Positions 27,817 to 37,138 of a DNA stretch of 50,191 bases are shown here, one piece after another; position 1 is the first letter of the stretch, and each line of letters starts with the position of its first letter. The stretch is from positions 1 through 50,191 of the forward strand of contig CALVZO010000025.1 in assembly GCA_944372545.1 (NCBI GenBank), in the 5' to 3' direction. The stretch is from an uncultured Bacilli bacterium. Its GTDB lineage: Bacteria > Bacillota_I > Bacilli_A > RF39 > UBA660. Both the position numbers and the translations under genes were made by a program. The notes under the pieces were generated by a model. The model had not been told where the DNA came from, did no database searches, and worked only from the letters and a program-made list of their open reading frames with translations.

Positions 27817-28539
27817 TTATAAAATATAAGTAATACATAAAATTACTATCCCTACAATTATACCATAAATTGTGGAATCTTTTGTCAATGATGATTTAAT
27901 TTCATTAAATAATTCAAAAAATGTAATATAAATAAGCATTCCAAAAGTTAAAGATATTAAAATACTAATTATATTTTCATTAAGCGAGCCAAATGCTATC
28001 ATTAAAAGTGCCCCGATAAGAGAACTTAAACATAAAATCGTTATTAAAATGATACTCTTTTTATCTTTTTTTAAAGATGAGCCTATTTGAAAACCTAAAG
28101 GAATATTATGTAAGGAAATACTTACCATCATTAATAAGCCACTTTTTACTTCATTTAAAGTAACACTATATAAAGATGCGCCTTCGATCATATTATGAAT
28201 TGCTAAGGCAATTATAGTAATAATACCAATATGATTTAAATGATTATTATGGTCTACTTTATCACAATTTTCTGTATGTTCATGATGATGATGGGGAATC
28301 AGTTTATCTAAAATAATTAAAATAAGAAATCCAATAAGGGCCGGGATTAATAATTTATAATTATTCATTTCTATAATTTCAGGGATTAAATCTAAACATA
28401 ATAAACCAAGCATTACAATAAATGCTAAAGCAGTTGTAAAATTTGTTAATTTCTCTTTATTTTTTGCATTTTTTAAAATTAAAATACCAATTAAAAAGAA
28501 TAAACCAATTAAAATAGTAAGAATAATTCCTATATACAT
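27817..28539 (-). CDS. ZIP-family divalent metal transporter (ZupT-like)
   Basis: Polytopic, with a His cluster (PHHHHEHTENCDKVDHNNH) in the central loop and HNMIEGASL / HNIPLGF motifs. Confidence 0.8.
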   Translation of the reverse strand: MYIGIILTILIGLFFLIGILILKNAKNKEKLTNFTTALAFIVMLGLLCLDLIPEIIEMNNYKLLIPALIGFLILIILDKLIPHHHHEHTENCDKVDHNNHLNHIGIITIIALAIHNMIEGASLYSVTLNEVKSGLLMMVSISLHNIPLGFQIGSSLKKDKKSIILITILCLSSLIGALLMIAFGSLNENIISILISLTFGMLIYITFFELFNEIKSSLTKDSTIYGIIVGIVILCITYIL

Positions 28540-28607
28540 ATTAAATCACCAACTAAATTCTATCACTAAAAATACTTCTTGAAAAGATTGAAGTATAATA
28601 TATATAA

Positions 28608-28684
28608 TGGCGTTCTTGGAGAGAATCGAACTCTCGGCCTTACGCGTCGGAGGCGTACGCTCTATCCAACTGAGCTACAAGAAC
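28608..28684 (-). tRNA. tRNA-Arg (anticodon CCG), CCA encoded
   Basis: Minus strand GTTCTTGTAGCTCAGTTGGATAGAGCGTACGCCTCCGACGCGTAAGGCCGAGAGTTCGATTCTCTCCAAGAACGCCA folds as a cloverleaf: acceptor GTTCTTG/CAAGAAC, anticodon loop CT-CCG-AC, TTCGATT T-loop. Promoter TTGCTT (28719-28714), 17-nt spacer, TATAAT (28696-28691). Confidence 0.9.
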
Positions 28685-28703
28685 ACCATAATTATATCAT
28701 GCA

Positions 28704-28727
28704 AGAAAAAAGTAAGCAAATGCTTAC
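28704..28727 (-). terminator. Rho-independent terminator after rseP
   Basis: Minus strand GTAAGC-auuu-GCUUAC followed by a U-run (28711-28705), directly after the TAG stop. Confidence 0.65.
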
Positions 28728-29780
28728 CTAAAATAAATTTATAATATCTTTAACTGTTATAAGTAAGATTAAAATCATTAAAAGAATAAATCCAATTGTG
28801 TGACACCAATTTTCAAATTTTTGATTTACTGGACTTCCTTTTAGTTTTTCGATAATTAGGAAGAATATTCTACCACCATCAAATGCTGGAAAAGGAAGAA
28901 TATTAATTAAACCGACATTAATTGATAAATAAGAAAGTAAATAAACAACAGAATAAATTCCATAATTAATACTTTGACCTACTACTGTATATATACCAAC
29001 TGGTCCTGATAAAGCATTTAGAGAAATTTTACCTGTAACTAGCCCTACTATTGTTAACCACATTGAAACAATTGTTGTCCAAAATTTTTCCAAAGAATAT
29101 TTTATTTTATTCCATAAACCAAAAGTTTCTTCTTGATTAATATTTATACCAAATAATCTTGTTTCATTTCCTTCTTCATCTTTAGTTATTTGTGGTGTTA
29201 TTTTATAATTTTCTTCACTTCCATCAGTATGTCTTATTCGAAATTCATAATAATCATTGTCATTTTCATAATAAAGAAGTATTTGGGCTTCGTCCCAAGT
29301 ATTAACTTTATGATTATTAATGGCAATTATTACATCATCTTTAACAATACCGGCTTCAGCCATTGGAGTACCTTCCATAACCGATGCTACTTTTGGAGTT
29401 AATGAATAACTTCCATAAAATAAAGATAATGTAAATAATAAAACTATTGCAAGAATAAAATTATTTAATACACCCGCAGCCATAACAATTATTCTTTGCC
29501 AAATCGGCTTATTACATAAAAATCTATCTTTAGGAATTTTGTTATCATCTTCATAAACTTCACCGGCCATTGCGACAAAGCCCCCAATAGGTAAGGCTCT
29601 AATATTATAAGTAATTCCATCTTTTTTACTCTTCTTACTATAAATAACTGGTCCCATACCAATAGAAAATTCATAAATGAAAACACCGAATTTTCTTGCC
29701 CATAGAAAATGTCCTAGTTCATGAACTAAAACAATTATTCCTAAAATAAAGATAAATACTAATAATGTTAAAAACCACAT
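28728..29780 (-). CDS. rseP: RIP zinc metalloprotease RseP/RasP (site-2 protease)
   Basis: HELGHFLWA near the N-terminus, one PDZ-like central domain, and a C-terminal NLLPFPAFDGG-type motif (INILPFPAFDGGRI). Confidence 0.9.
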   Translation of the reverse strand: MWFLTLLVFIFILGIIVLVHELGHFLWARKFGVFIYEFSIGMGPVIYSKKSKKDGITYNIRALPIGGFVAMAGEVYEDDNKIPKDRFLCNKPIWQRIIVMAAGVLNNFILAIVLLFTLSLFYGSYSLTPKVASVMEGTPMAEAGIVKDDVIIAINNHKVNTWDEAQILLYYENDNDYYEFRIRHTDGSEENYKITPQITKDEEGNETRLFGININQEETFGLWNKIKYSLEKFWTTIVSMWLTIVGLVTGKISLNALSGPVGIYTVVGQSINYGIYSVVYLLSYLSINVGLINILPFPAFDGGRIFFLIIEKLKGSPVNQKFENWCHTIGFILLMILILLITVKDIINLF

Positions 29781-29793
29781 GTTGTCATCTCCT

Positions 29794-30585
29794 TTATATT
29801 AACCATATTAATATTACATATGTAAATACTACAAATGTTAAACTATCAAGACGGTCTAATACACCGCCATGTCCAGGCATAATATTCGAAAAATCCTTAA
29901 TACCATTTTCTCTTTTCATTTTACTATAAACTAAATCTCCTAATTGACCAGCAATAGATAAAATAATTGAGACAAGAAGAACTTTAATATTAAAATCCCC
30001 AAATAAATTAGTATAAATAATAACACCAACGATACTACCACCAATTAACCCAGCAATAGCACCTTCCCAAGATTTCTTTGGACTAATTTTTGGACACATT
30101 TTATGTTTACCAATTAATATACCAATTGCATAAGCAAAAGTATCTGTAAATATTGTTATACCAATTAAATATATTAAAAGCATAACATTAATACTACGTA
30201 ATGAAATTAAAAGGTTAAAGAATATTCCAATTAAAAATGTTACTCCTAATAAATAATATGCATCTTTTGTAGTATACTTATCATTTTTATAAAAAATACT
30301 AGGAAGTAAAATAAGAACAATTGGCAATAATAACCTAGGATAAGTCATTACTAAACTTAATGAACTTAAGTTATAATCCCCTAATATTAAGTATATTAAT
30401 GATACTAACCCACATATTTTTACTACATTAGGTATTTCTTGATGTGATTTTTTTAAATCAATTACTTCTTTATAAGCAAGTACTCCTAATATACCAACAG
30501 CAATTGCAAATGGATATCCTCCAAAATAAATTAATGGTATTAATATTGCTATTACAACAGCAGCACTTATAATTCTAACTTTCAT
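29794..30585 (-). CDS. cdsA: Phosphatidate cytidylyltransferase
   Basis: Polytopic. SPKKSWEGAIAG...KDFSNIMPGHGGVLDRLDS is the CdsA signature. Confidence 0.9.
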   Translation of the reverse strand: MKVRIISAAVVIAILIPLIYFGGYPFAIAVGILGVLAYKEVIDLKKSHQEIPNVVKICGLVSLIYLILGDYNLSSLSLVMTYPRLLLPIVLILLPSIFYKNDKYTTKDAYYLLGVTFLIGIFFNLLISLRSINVMLLIYLIGITIFTDTFAYAIGILIGKHKMCPKISPKKSWEGAIAGLIGGSIVGVIIYTNLFGDFNIKVLLVSIILSIAGQLGDLVYSKMKRENGIKDFSNIMPGHGGVLDRLDSLTFVVFTYVILIWLI

Positions 30586-30794
30586 ACATCCTCCATCTAA
30601 TTCTATTCTAATAAAAGTATACTATTAATTAATAAGAAGTACAAGAAAAAAGTGTTTATTATATATTAAAAAACTTGTTCAGTTAATACATATGGAAAAT
30701 ATCTAGCATCTCCATGGACTATTTATTTTTTTTAACTTGAAATCACAATTTTTTCTCAAGTTATTATTTCTTCTATTATCAATTTTTTCATTCA

Positions 30795-31988
30795 TTAGAA
30801 CTTAAGTTCTAAAATGCACATGCTCTCAACATGTTCACTCCAAGAAAACATATCCAGTAATTTACAAGTTTTAATATCATACAAAGGCAAAATTTTCTTT
30901 AAATCTCTTGCAAGTGTTAATGGATTACATGATACATAAATAATTTTTTTTGGTTTTACCAGCATTATTTTTTCTAATACTTCATCTTTTACACCACTTC
31001 TTGGTGGGTCTAAGATAATTAAATCGTATTCATCAGTAATTTTATCTAATATATCTAAAGTATCACTACATATAAAATCAATATTATTTTGATTATTTAA
31101 ACATTTATTAACAAAAGCATCTTTAATTGCATTACTTATTACTTCAACTCCTAAGGCTTTTTCTTTATTTGCTACTATTGCAAGAGTCCCTACTCCACAA
31201 TATAAATCTAAAACGTTCTTATTATCTTTACTATATTTATTAATTTCTTTAAATAATTCTAAACAAATATAAGGATTAACTTGAAAAAATGCATTATAAC
31301 TAACTTTAAATAGATAATTACCTATCTTATCAATAAAAAAATCATCACCATAAATACATTTATCATTATAAATAATTCCTACTATTTTGTATTTATTTAA
31401 TAAACTATTAATACTTCCTAACTCATCTTTACTATTAATGATAATTAATACTTCATCTTTATAATTAACTCTAATTTTAATTTCCCCATCACAAATATTT
31501 AGTACATCTATATCTTTAATAATTTCATTTATTACCTTATTACATAAATAACAATAATCTATTTTTACTAAATCATGCGTTTCACTTTGATAAAATCCTA
31601 CTTCCCTATTCTTAATTTTTAATGTTACTTTATTACGATAATTTAAATTCGGATTACTTTTAATAATATCTTTAATTTCAAAATTTATATTATTATTTTT
31701 AAATATTTCATTTACTTTTAATAACTTATAATCTAGTGTTTCACTTAGTGAGATATGCATTAAATCACAACCACCACACATTAAAAAGTAAGGACACAAT
31801 ACTTCTTTCCTTAATTTAGAAGGTCTAATAATTTTTTTAAGTCTTCCTTCTTGGTAAGTTTTCTTACTCTTAATAATTGCTATTTCCACAATATCTCCGG
31901 GAGCAGTTTTAGGTATAAAAACAATTTTTTTATCATTATAACCAATACCTCGACCGAGATTATCAAATTTTACAACTTCTATTTCCAT
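30795..31988 (-). CDS. TrmA/RlmCD-family RNA (uracil-C5)-methyltransferase with TRAM domain
   Basis: N-terminal TRAM domain (VKFDNLGRGIGY...GDIVEIAI), an Fe-S Cys cluster (CPYFLMCGGCDLMH), SAM motif DLYCGVGT, and the catalytic VSCNP. Confidence 0.8.
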   Translation of the reverse strand: MEIEVVKFDNLGRGIGYNDKKIVFIPKTAPGDIVEIAIIKSKKTYQEGRLKKIIRPSKLRKEVLCPYFLMCGGCDLMHISLSETLDYKLLKVNEIFKNNNINFEIKDIIKSNPNLNYRNKVTLKIKNREVGFYQSETHDLVKIDYCYLCNKVINEIIKDIDVLNICDGEIKIRVNYKDEVLIIINSKDELGSINSLLNKYKIVGIIYNDKCIYGDDFFIDKIGNYLFKVSYNAFFQVNPYICLELFKEINKYSKDNKNVLDLYCGVGTLAIVANKEKALGVEVISNAIKDAFVNKCLNNQNNIDFICSDTLDILDKITDEYDLIILDPPRSGVKDEVLEKIMLVKPKKIIYVSCNPLTLARDLKKILPLYDIKTCKLLDMFSWSEHVESMCILELKF

Positions 31989-32076
31989 AGTTATAAATAT
32001 ATCATAATTTTTTTATTTAATAAACAATTAATATCTTCATGCATTAAATTGGTAAACTTTGGCAATATTATAAATA

Positions 32077-33498
32077 GTGATGCATATGAAAGAAACCTTA
32101 AAAAGAATACAATTAGAATTTAGTGATGTTCCTGATTTGAAAATAAAAGAAATAAAAATTAATTTAATAAAAAGTATTTATGTTATATTTATTGAAACAG
32201 TATGTGATAGTGATAAAATAAATGAATATATTACTAAAAATTTGACTCATTATAATAAAAAAAATAATTTATTTAGTAATTTACCTGGACCAAATACGGT
32301 ATTTATTAAAAATGATGATGAAATTGAATTTTATTTAACTAATGGATTTGCCATTATTTTAAGTGATAAATATACTATTGCAATTGAAGTAAAGGGTTCT
32401 TTAAATAGAAGTATTAATACATCAACAAGAGAGCCATCATTATTAGGGCCAGAAGATGCTTTTAATGAAAATATTCAAACTAATATTGGCCTTATAAAAA
32501 GAAGAATTAAATCAAATACTTTTAAAAGTGAAGAATTAATTATGGGAAGAATTTCCAAAACTAAACTTACAATAAATTATTTAGAAGATGTTGCATCTTT
32601 AGATGATGTAAAAAAACTAAAAGATAAATTAGCAAAAATTGATATAGATGGAATTATTGATATTGGGACAATTATTAATTTTATTGATAGAGAAAATAAA
32701 AGTATATTTCCAACGATTAAAAAAACAGAAAGACCTGACTTAGCATCGCTTGCAATTTTAGAAGGCAAAATAGTAATATTATTAGATACTTCTCCTTTTG
32801 CTATTATAATTCCTTCCTTTTTAATAGATTTTATTAATCCCATTAGTGATAATTATGTTAAAAGTATCAATGTGGCTTTTTTAAAAGTTCTTCGGGCTGT
32901 ATGCTTTATTTTATCAATGATTACTCCCGCTTTATTTATTTCCATCATCAATTATAATCAAGAAACAATACCAAAAAGTCTTCTTATAAATTTTAGTACC
33001 CAAAGAGCAGGTGTTCCCTTTCCTGCCATTGTTGAACTTTTAATCTTACTCTTAATTTGTGATATATTAAGAGAAACTGATTTAAGGTTCCCCTCTAATT
33101 TTGGCTCAACTATTTCGATACTTGGTGCTTTAATTATTGGCGATGCTGCGGTTAATGCTGGTATTGTATCTCCCATCATGATTATTATTACTGCTCTAAC
33201 TTTAATATCAAGCCTCATATTTACCGAATTAGAAATTAATAATGCCCTAAGAACTTATCGCTACCTATTTTTATTCTTTGCTACCACTCTAGGTTTATAT
33301 GGAATATTTTTATGTAGCATGTTATTTTTAACCAATGTTATTTCAATTAAATCTTTAAATTCCCCTTACTTTGCTCCCATTGCCCCTTTTAATAAAGATT
33401 ATTTTTTCAAAACTTTTTTAAAAAAACAAGATAAAAATAATACGAAAAGAAGTTCTTTAATTACTAATAAAAATATGACAAGGGGGAAAAACTTATGA
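32077..33498 (+). CDS. Spore germination receptor, GerA-family A subunit
   Basis: EPSLLGPEDAFNENIQTNIGLIKRRIKS plus a C-terminal multi-TM region, typical of GerAA/GerKA. The start is uncertain (GTG 32077, ATG 32080 or ATG 32086). Confidence 0.85.
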   Translation: MMHMKETLKRIQLEFSDVPDLKIKEIKINLIKSIYVIFIETVCDSDKINEYITKNLTHYNKKNNLFSNLPGPNTVFIKNDDEIEFYLTNGFAIILSDKYTIAIEVKGSLNRSINTSTREPSLLGPEDAFNENIQTNIGLIKRRIKSNTFKSEELIMGRISKTKLTINYLEDVASLDDVKKLKDKLAKIDIDGIIDIGTIINFIDRENKSIFPTIKKTERPDLASLAILEGKIVILLDTSPFAIIIPSFLIDFINPISDNYVKSINVAFLKVLRAVCFILSMITPALFISIINYNQETIPKSLLINFSTQRAGVPFPAIVELLILLLICDILRETDLRFPSNFGSTISILGALIIGDAAVNAGIVSPIMIIITALTLISSLIFTELEINNALRTYRYLFLFFATTLGLYGIFLCSMLFLTNVISIKSLNSPYFAPIAPFNKDYFFKTFLKKQDKNNTKRSSLITNKNMTRGKNL

Positions 33499-34574
33499 AA
33501 AAAATAATTATACTTTTTTTAGCAATTTTTACTTTAACTGGTTGTTATGATAATGTGGAGTTAAATAATTTAGCAATTATTTCAGGAATTGGCATAGATT
33601 ATGAAAATGATGAATTCATTGTAACTTATGAAATACTTAATGATACAAAAACTGAAGAAGATAGCACTATGTTAAGTTATATTGTAAAAGGAACTGGGAA
33701 ATCAATTAGTGAATCTTTTACTGATGCTAATTATAAAATTGGCAAAAAAGCCTACTTTGCACATTTACAAATAGTTTTACTCGGACAAAATTTAATTGAA
33801 AATAATTTTGCTGATATAATTGACTATCTAATTCGCGATATTAAAATAAATGATGAATTTTATCTAATTGGAACAAATGATAAGCCTAGTAATATACTAA
33901 GGCACAATAGTAAAAATAATCCAGTTGTAAGTGATGTCATTAATAACTTAATAGAAAATGGTAAATACAATAATAATATTTCTACTAATGAAACTTTTAA
34001 AGATACTTTAAATAAACTAGTTAGTAAAAAACAAGATATTATTTTAAATACAGTTAGTATTATTGATAATGAAATTGGTTTTTCTGATTCAATTTTATTT
34101 CATAATTACTTTTATCATAACGCTTTAGATAAAAATAACACTACTTTATATAACTTACTAACTAAAACATCTATTAATACAAATTTAGAAAAAGAATACA
34201 GTGATGGTTTAGTAGTAATAAGTATTAATAATTCTAAAACTGATTTAAATATTACTAGTGATAAAATTACTATAAATTTAAAAGCAGAAGGTAAAGTCGC
34301 CCTAAATAATCCTTCCCTTAATTTAAAAGATGCTAAAACTTATGAAATGTTAAATAAAGATTTTGCTAATATTTTAGAGGAAGATATAGCTAATTTAATT
34401 AGAATTTTACAAAAAAATAAAAGTGATATTTTAGGACTTCAAAATATTTATTATAAAAATACAAGACAAGATAATCATGATTTATGGGTTCATGCTAATA
34501 TAGAAGTTACAATAGATTTAAAAATAAATACAAAAGGATTTATATTTGAGGTGGAAAATGAAAAACAAGATTAA
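33495..34574 (+). CDS. Spore germination receptor, Ger(x)C lipoprotein subunit
   Basis: Lipobox LTGC followed by YDNVELNNLAIISGIGIDY, the GerC-family N-terminus. ATGA overlap with the A subunit. Confidence 0.85.
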   Translation: MKKIIILFLAIFTLTGCYDNVELNNLAIISGIGIDYENDEFIVTYEILNDTKTEEDSTMLSYIVKGTGKSISESFTDANYKIGKKAYFAHLQIVLLGQNLIENNFADIIDYLIRDIKINDEFYLIGTNDKPSNILRHNSKNNPVVSDVINNLIENGKYNNNISTNETFKDTLNKLVSKKQDIILNTVSIIDNEIGFSDSILFHNYFYHNALDKNNTTLYNLLTKTSINTNLEKEYSDGLVVISINNSKTDLNITSDKITINLKAEGKVALNNPSLNLKDAKTYEMLNKDFANILEEDIANLIRILQKNKSDILGLQNIYYKNTRQDNHDLWVHANIEVTIDLKINTKGFIFEVENEKQD

Positions 34575-35577
34575 TTATTTTTTAGCCAGATCTTCTATGT
34601 TTGGAATTGGTAGTTTTCTAATATTTCGTAATTGTGGTGCTGATGCTTGGTTACCTATCATTTTAGGAACACTTCTTGGTATAATAATTATTTATATTTA
34701 TAGTAAATTAAAAGAATTACTTCGTGGTAAAACTTTAAAAGATGCCTTAAAGAACACATTAATTGGGAAAATATACTTATTTATCTTCATCTTATTTTAT
34801 CTATATCTAATGACTATTATTCTTTCTTTAATTCCTCTTTTTGTAAATAGTTTTTATCTATTAGATACACCAAAAATAATTATAAATATTCCCTTTTTAT
34901 TAATAACTTTATATATTACTTTTAAAGGTAAATTTGTTTTAGAAAATTTAAGTAATCTATTATGTGTATTTAGTATTGCTATAATTATCTTCTTTGCATT
35001 CCTACTTACTAAATATTTTAATATAGAAGAATTATTCCCAATACTTACTACTAATACTAAAAATATTATTTTAACTTCTTTAATCTATGCTGCAATTACC
35101 AGTATTCCTTTAATTCTTACCATAGATTACCATAATGATTTAAAAGATAATATTAAAAATTATTTACTTGCAGCATCATCTATAATTTTAATTGGTTTAT
35201 GTACTACTCTTGCTTTAGGAAGAAACTTAATAAGAGTATATAGTTTTCCTGAATATGCTGTTTTAAAACAAATAAAATACCTTAATTTTATTGAAAACAT
35301 TGAAAATATATCTTCATTTATTTGGTATTTTGATTTATTTATTACTTTATCTACCACTACAACTAATTTAAAAAATATTTTACCAAAGAAATATAATTCT
35401 CTAACATTTATAATTATATCTTTAATTATTTTAATAATATCTTCTTATTTAATCGGTGGTAATTATATTTATATCTTACATTTATTTTATAATTACTCTC
35501 TTGTATTATTTATATTCTTTATTATTTTCATTACTTTAATAATTTACTTAAAAATAAAAAATAAGAATACCAATTAA
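34558..35577 (+). CDS. Spore germination receptor, GerAB-type permease (B subunit)
   Basis: About 10 TM helices. A-C-B gene order as in gerK. GAGGTGG precedes ATG 34558 (track start TTG 34546). Confidence 0.8.
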   Translation: MKNKINYFLARSSMFGIGSFLIFRNCGADAWLPIILGTLLGIIIIYIYSKLKELLRGKTLKDALKNTLIGKIYLFIFILFYLYLMTIILSLIPLFVNSFYLLDTPKIIINIPFLLITLYITFKGKFVLENLSNLLCVFSIAIIIFFAFLLTKYFNIEELFPILTTNTKNIILTSLIYAAITSIPLILTIDYHNDLKDNIKNYLLAASSIILIGLCTTLALGRNLIRVYSFPEYAVLKQIKYLNFIENIENISSFIWYFDLFITLSTTTTNLKNILPKKYNSLTFIIISLIILIISSYLIGGNYIYILHLFYNYSLVLFIFFIIFITLIIYLKIKNKNTN

Positions 35578-35590
35578 GATATTCTTATTT

Positions 35591-35941
35591 TTAAATCCAT
35601 TTACTTATATATATTTTTCTAGTAGTATATTCTTCATAATCACTAAATATTTTAATAATTATATCAACCATATTTTTAATTATATTATTATCTTTTTTAA
35701 CTCTTACTGTAAGTATTTCTCTTTTTAAATTACTACGAAATAAATAATCTTCTATATAATTACTTAATACTTTATCTAAATTAATTAATCTTTTTAATTC
35801 TTCTTCGTTATTAAAATCGGTTTGAAAAATGCAACTTTTATAAATACTTACTAATTTCATACTAATAATATCATCTTCTTGAAAATTAAAATTGATGATA
35901 TGGTAATAATTAGGACAATATTTTAAAAATTCTTTCTTCAT
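35591..35941 (-). CDS. Hypothetical cytoplasmic protein (116 aa)
   Basis: ATG 35941 (MKKEFLKYCPNYY...) has its own TTGACC (35989-35984), 17-nt spacer, TATTAT (35966-35961) promoter. The track TTG start at 36004 would lie upstream of that promoter. Confidence 0.5.
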   Translation of the reverse strand: MKKEFLKYCPNYYHIINFNFQEDDIISMKLVSIYKSCIFQTDFNNEEELKRLINLDKVLSNYIEDYLFRSNLKREILTVRVKKDNNIIKNMVDIIIKIFSDYEEYTTRKIYISKWI

Positions 35942-35999
35942 GCAACCACTCTCTATTAAAATAATACTACATAATGGATTAGTGGTCAAGAAAAATACG

Positions 36000-36035
36000 A
36001 ACAAAAAAATAACTACTCTGATAAAATAGTTATTT
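36000..36035 (-). terminator. Rho-independent terminator ending an ORF-free transcript
   Basis: Minus strand AAAUAACUA-11 nt-UAGUUAUUU (36035-36027 / 36015-36007) followed by U7. Confidence 0.65.
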
Positions 36036-36304
36036 CTAGTTTAATAACTCCTCACATCATTTAAAATTACTCTCCATAATTTTAAATATTAGCTAAATAT
36101 TATCAGTATTTAGTGTGATTCGCTTATCTTTTGAGTTTTCTTTCTCATATAACAATTGTCTTTGTCTAGCGCAGATAAGATTATTACTTAAAATAATTTA
36201 TTTTACTTAATAAATATAACTTCACACATATTAACATTATTATTTTTTAGATAATAACTTCTAAATATGGCTACTATGCTATATTTATTCTACTAGACAA
36301 TTTT

Positions 36305-36333
36305 ATTGTACTCTATAATAAAAAATTTGTCAA
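36305..36333 (-). promoter_or_regulatory. Sigma-A type promoter directly after the DUF4097 gene stop
   Basis: Minus strand TTGACA (36333-36328), 17-nt spacer, TACAAT (36310-36305). Confidence 0.6.
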
Positions 36334-36343
36334 TGACTAACCA

Positions 36344-37138
36344 TCAATTTAAAGTATTAATTGTAATGCTACCGATGCCACCATCAATGTCTATTCTATT
36401 ATTACCATTTCCATAATGGTAATTATTACTAACACTTTCATTATTTATTTTAATACTACCTATTCCCTTATCAATCATAAAATAATAATTATCTATACTA
36501 TCACTTAAATTTAATATTACTTCCCCTACTCCAGCATCTATTTTATTATTACCAAGTAATTGAGTATTAATTTCCGTTTTACCAGCACCAAGATCTAAAT
36601 CTAAATTGTTAAGGACACTAGAGTTTATAATAACAGAGCCTGCTCCTGTATCAATATCAGTTTTATTATTTACTACTAGATTATCAATATTGATACTTCC
36701 TGCTCCTAAATCAAGTTCTAATATATCAGTTTTTAATTTATTAATGTTTAAATTTCCACTGCCACTTTCAATGTCTACTTCTCTAAAAATCATACTATCA
36801 GGAATATATATAGTAACTTCATTACCAATATTATTAAACCAACCTGTTTCTTTAATTTCTAATTTTCCTCTACTATCATTAATTTTTATATTTTTAGAAT
36901 TTGTTTCAATAGAAAATTTACTACTACTTTCAATATTTAACTTAGAAGTAGATAGTTCAATATCAATTTTCTCTATGTTATTACTAATATTTGTTTCATA
37001 TGACTCCTTAGAATTAACAGGATAACTATAGTTAAATATATTTGCTAAAATAAATAAAAGAGAAGATACAATACTAACAATTAAGAATATGGCAAGAGCA
37101 ATAGCGCCGTATTTAATTATCTTTTGACTTTCGTTCAT
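36344..37138 (-). CDS. DUF4097-type beta-repeat protein (LiaG-like putative adhesin), membrane anchored
   Basis: N-terminal TM helix. Repeated D(I/L)D.G(A/I)G(S/E)(V/I).IN units (DIDTGAGSVIINS, LDLGAGKTEIN, IDAGVGEVILN, IDGGIGSITIN). GGAGGTG RBS. Confidence 0.7.
   Translation of the reverse strand: MNESQKIIKYGAIALAIFLIVSIVSSLLFILANIFNYSYPVNSKESYETNISNNIEKIDIELSTSKLNIESSSKFSIETNSKNIKINDSRGKLEIKETGWFNNIGNEVTIYIPDSMIFREVDIESGSGNLNINKLKTDILELDLGAGSINIDNLVVNNKTDIDTGAGSVIINSSVLNNLDLDLGAGKTEINTQLLGNNKIDAGVGEVILNLSDSIDNYYFMIDKGIGSIKINNESVSNNYHYGNGNNRIDIDGGIGSITINTLN

Noticed and set aside
28608-28684. tRNA-Arg as the integration site of the conjugative element
   Set aside because: Housekeeping genes flank it on both sides (ZIP..yebC on one side, rseP-cdsA on the other). 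It lies 13 kb from the T4SS genes, with ger, lia-like and coat genes in between. No repeat of the tRNA 3' end was noticed near 41700.
29190-29686. ORFs 29190-29402 (+) and 29489-29686 (-, alternate frame) within rseP
   Set aside because: They overlap the confident RseP reading frame and have no independent signals.
30586-30794. 30-codon basic ORF (MNEKIDNRRNNNLRKNCDFKLKKINSPWRC) and a 7-bp inverted repeat AACTTGA/TCAAGTT between the methyltransferase gene and cdsA
   Set aside because: The ORF has no RBS. It starts within the upstream stop-codon region (TAATGAATG) with no independent start signal. The hairpins lack a properly oriented U-tract. The region probably contains only the cdsA promoter (TTGTAC-17-TATACT).
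31851-32123. 90-aa plus-strand ORF spanning the rRNA-methyltransferase start and the ger promoter region
   Set aside because: It is mostly antisense to the TRAM domain coding sequence and is an AT-rich artefact.
32577-33218. Antisense ORFs 32577-32843 and 32958-33218 inside the gerA-family gene
   Set aside because: They are embedded in a confident germination receptor gene.
35160-35357. 65-aa ORF antisense to the gerB-type permease
   Set aside because: It is embedded in that gene and has no signals.
36606-37025. 139-aa ORF antisense to the DUF4097 gene
   Set aside because: The repetitive beta-repeat coding sequence keeps the opposite strand open by chance. The minus-strand gene has a strong GGAGGTG RBS and a recognisable repeat motif.
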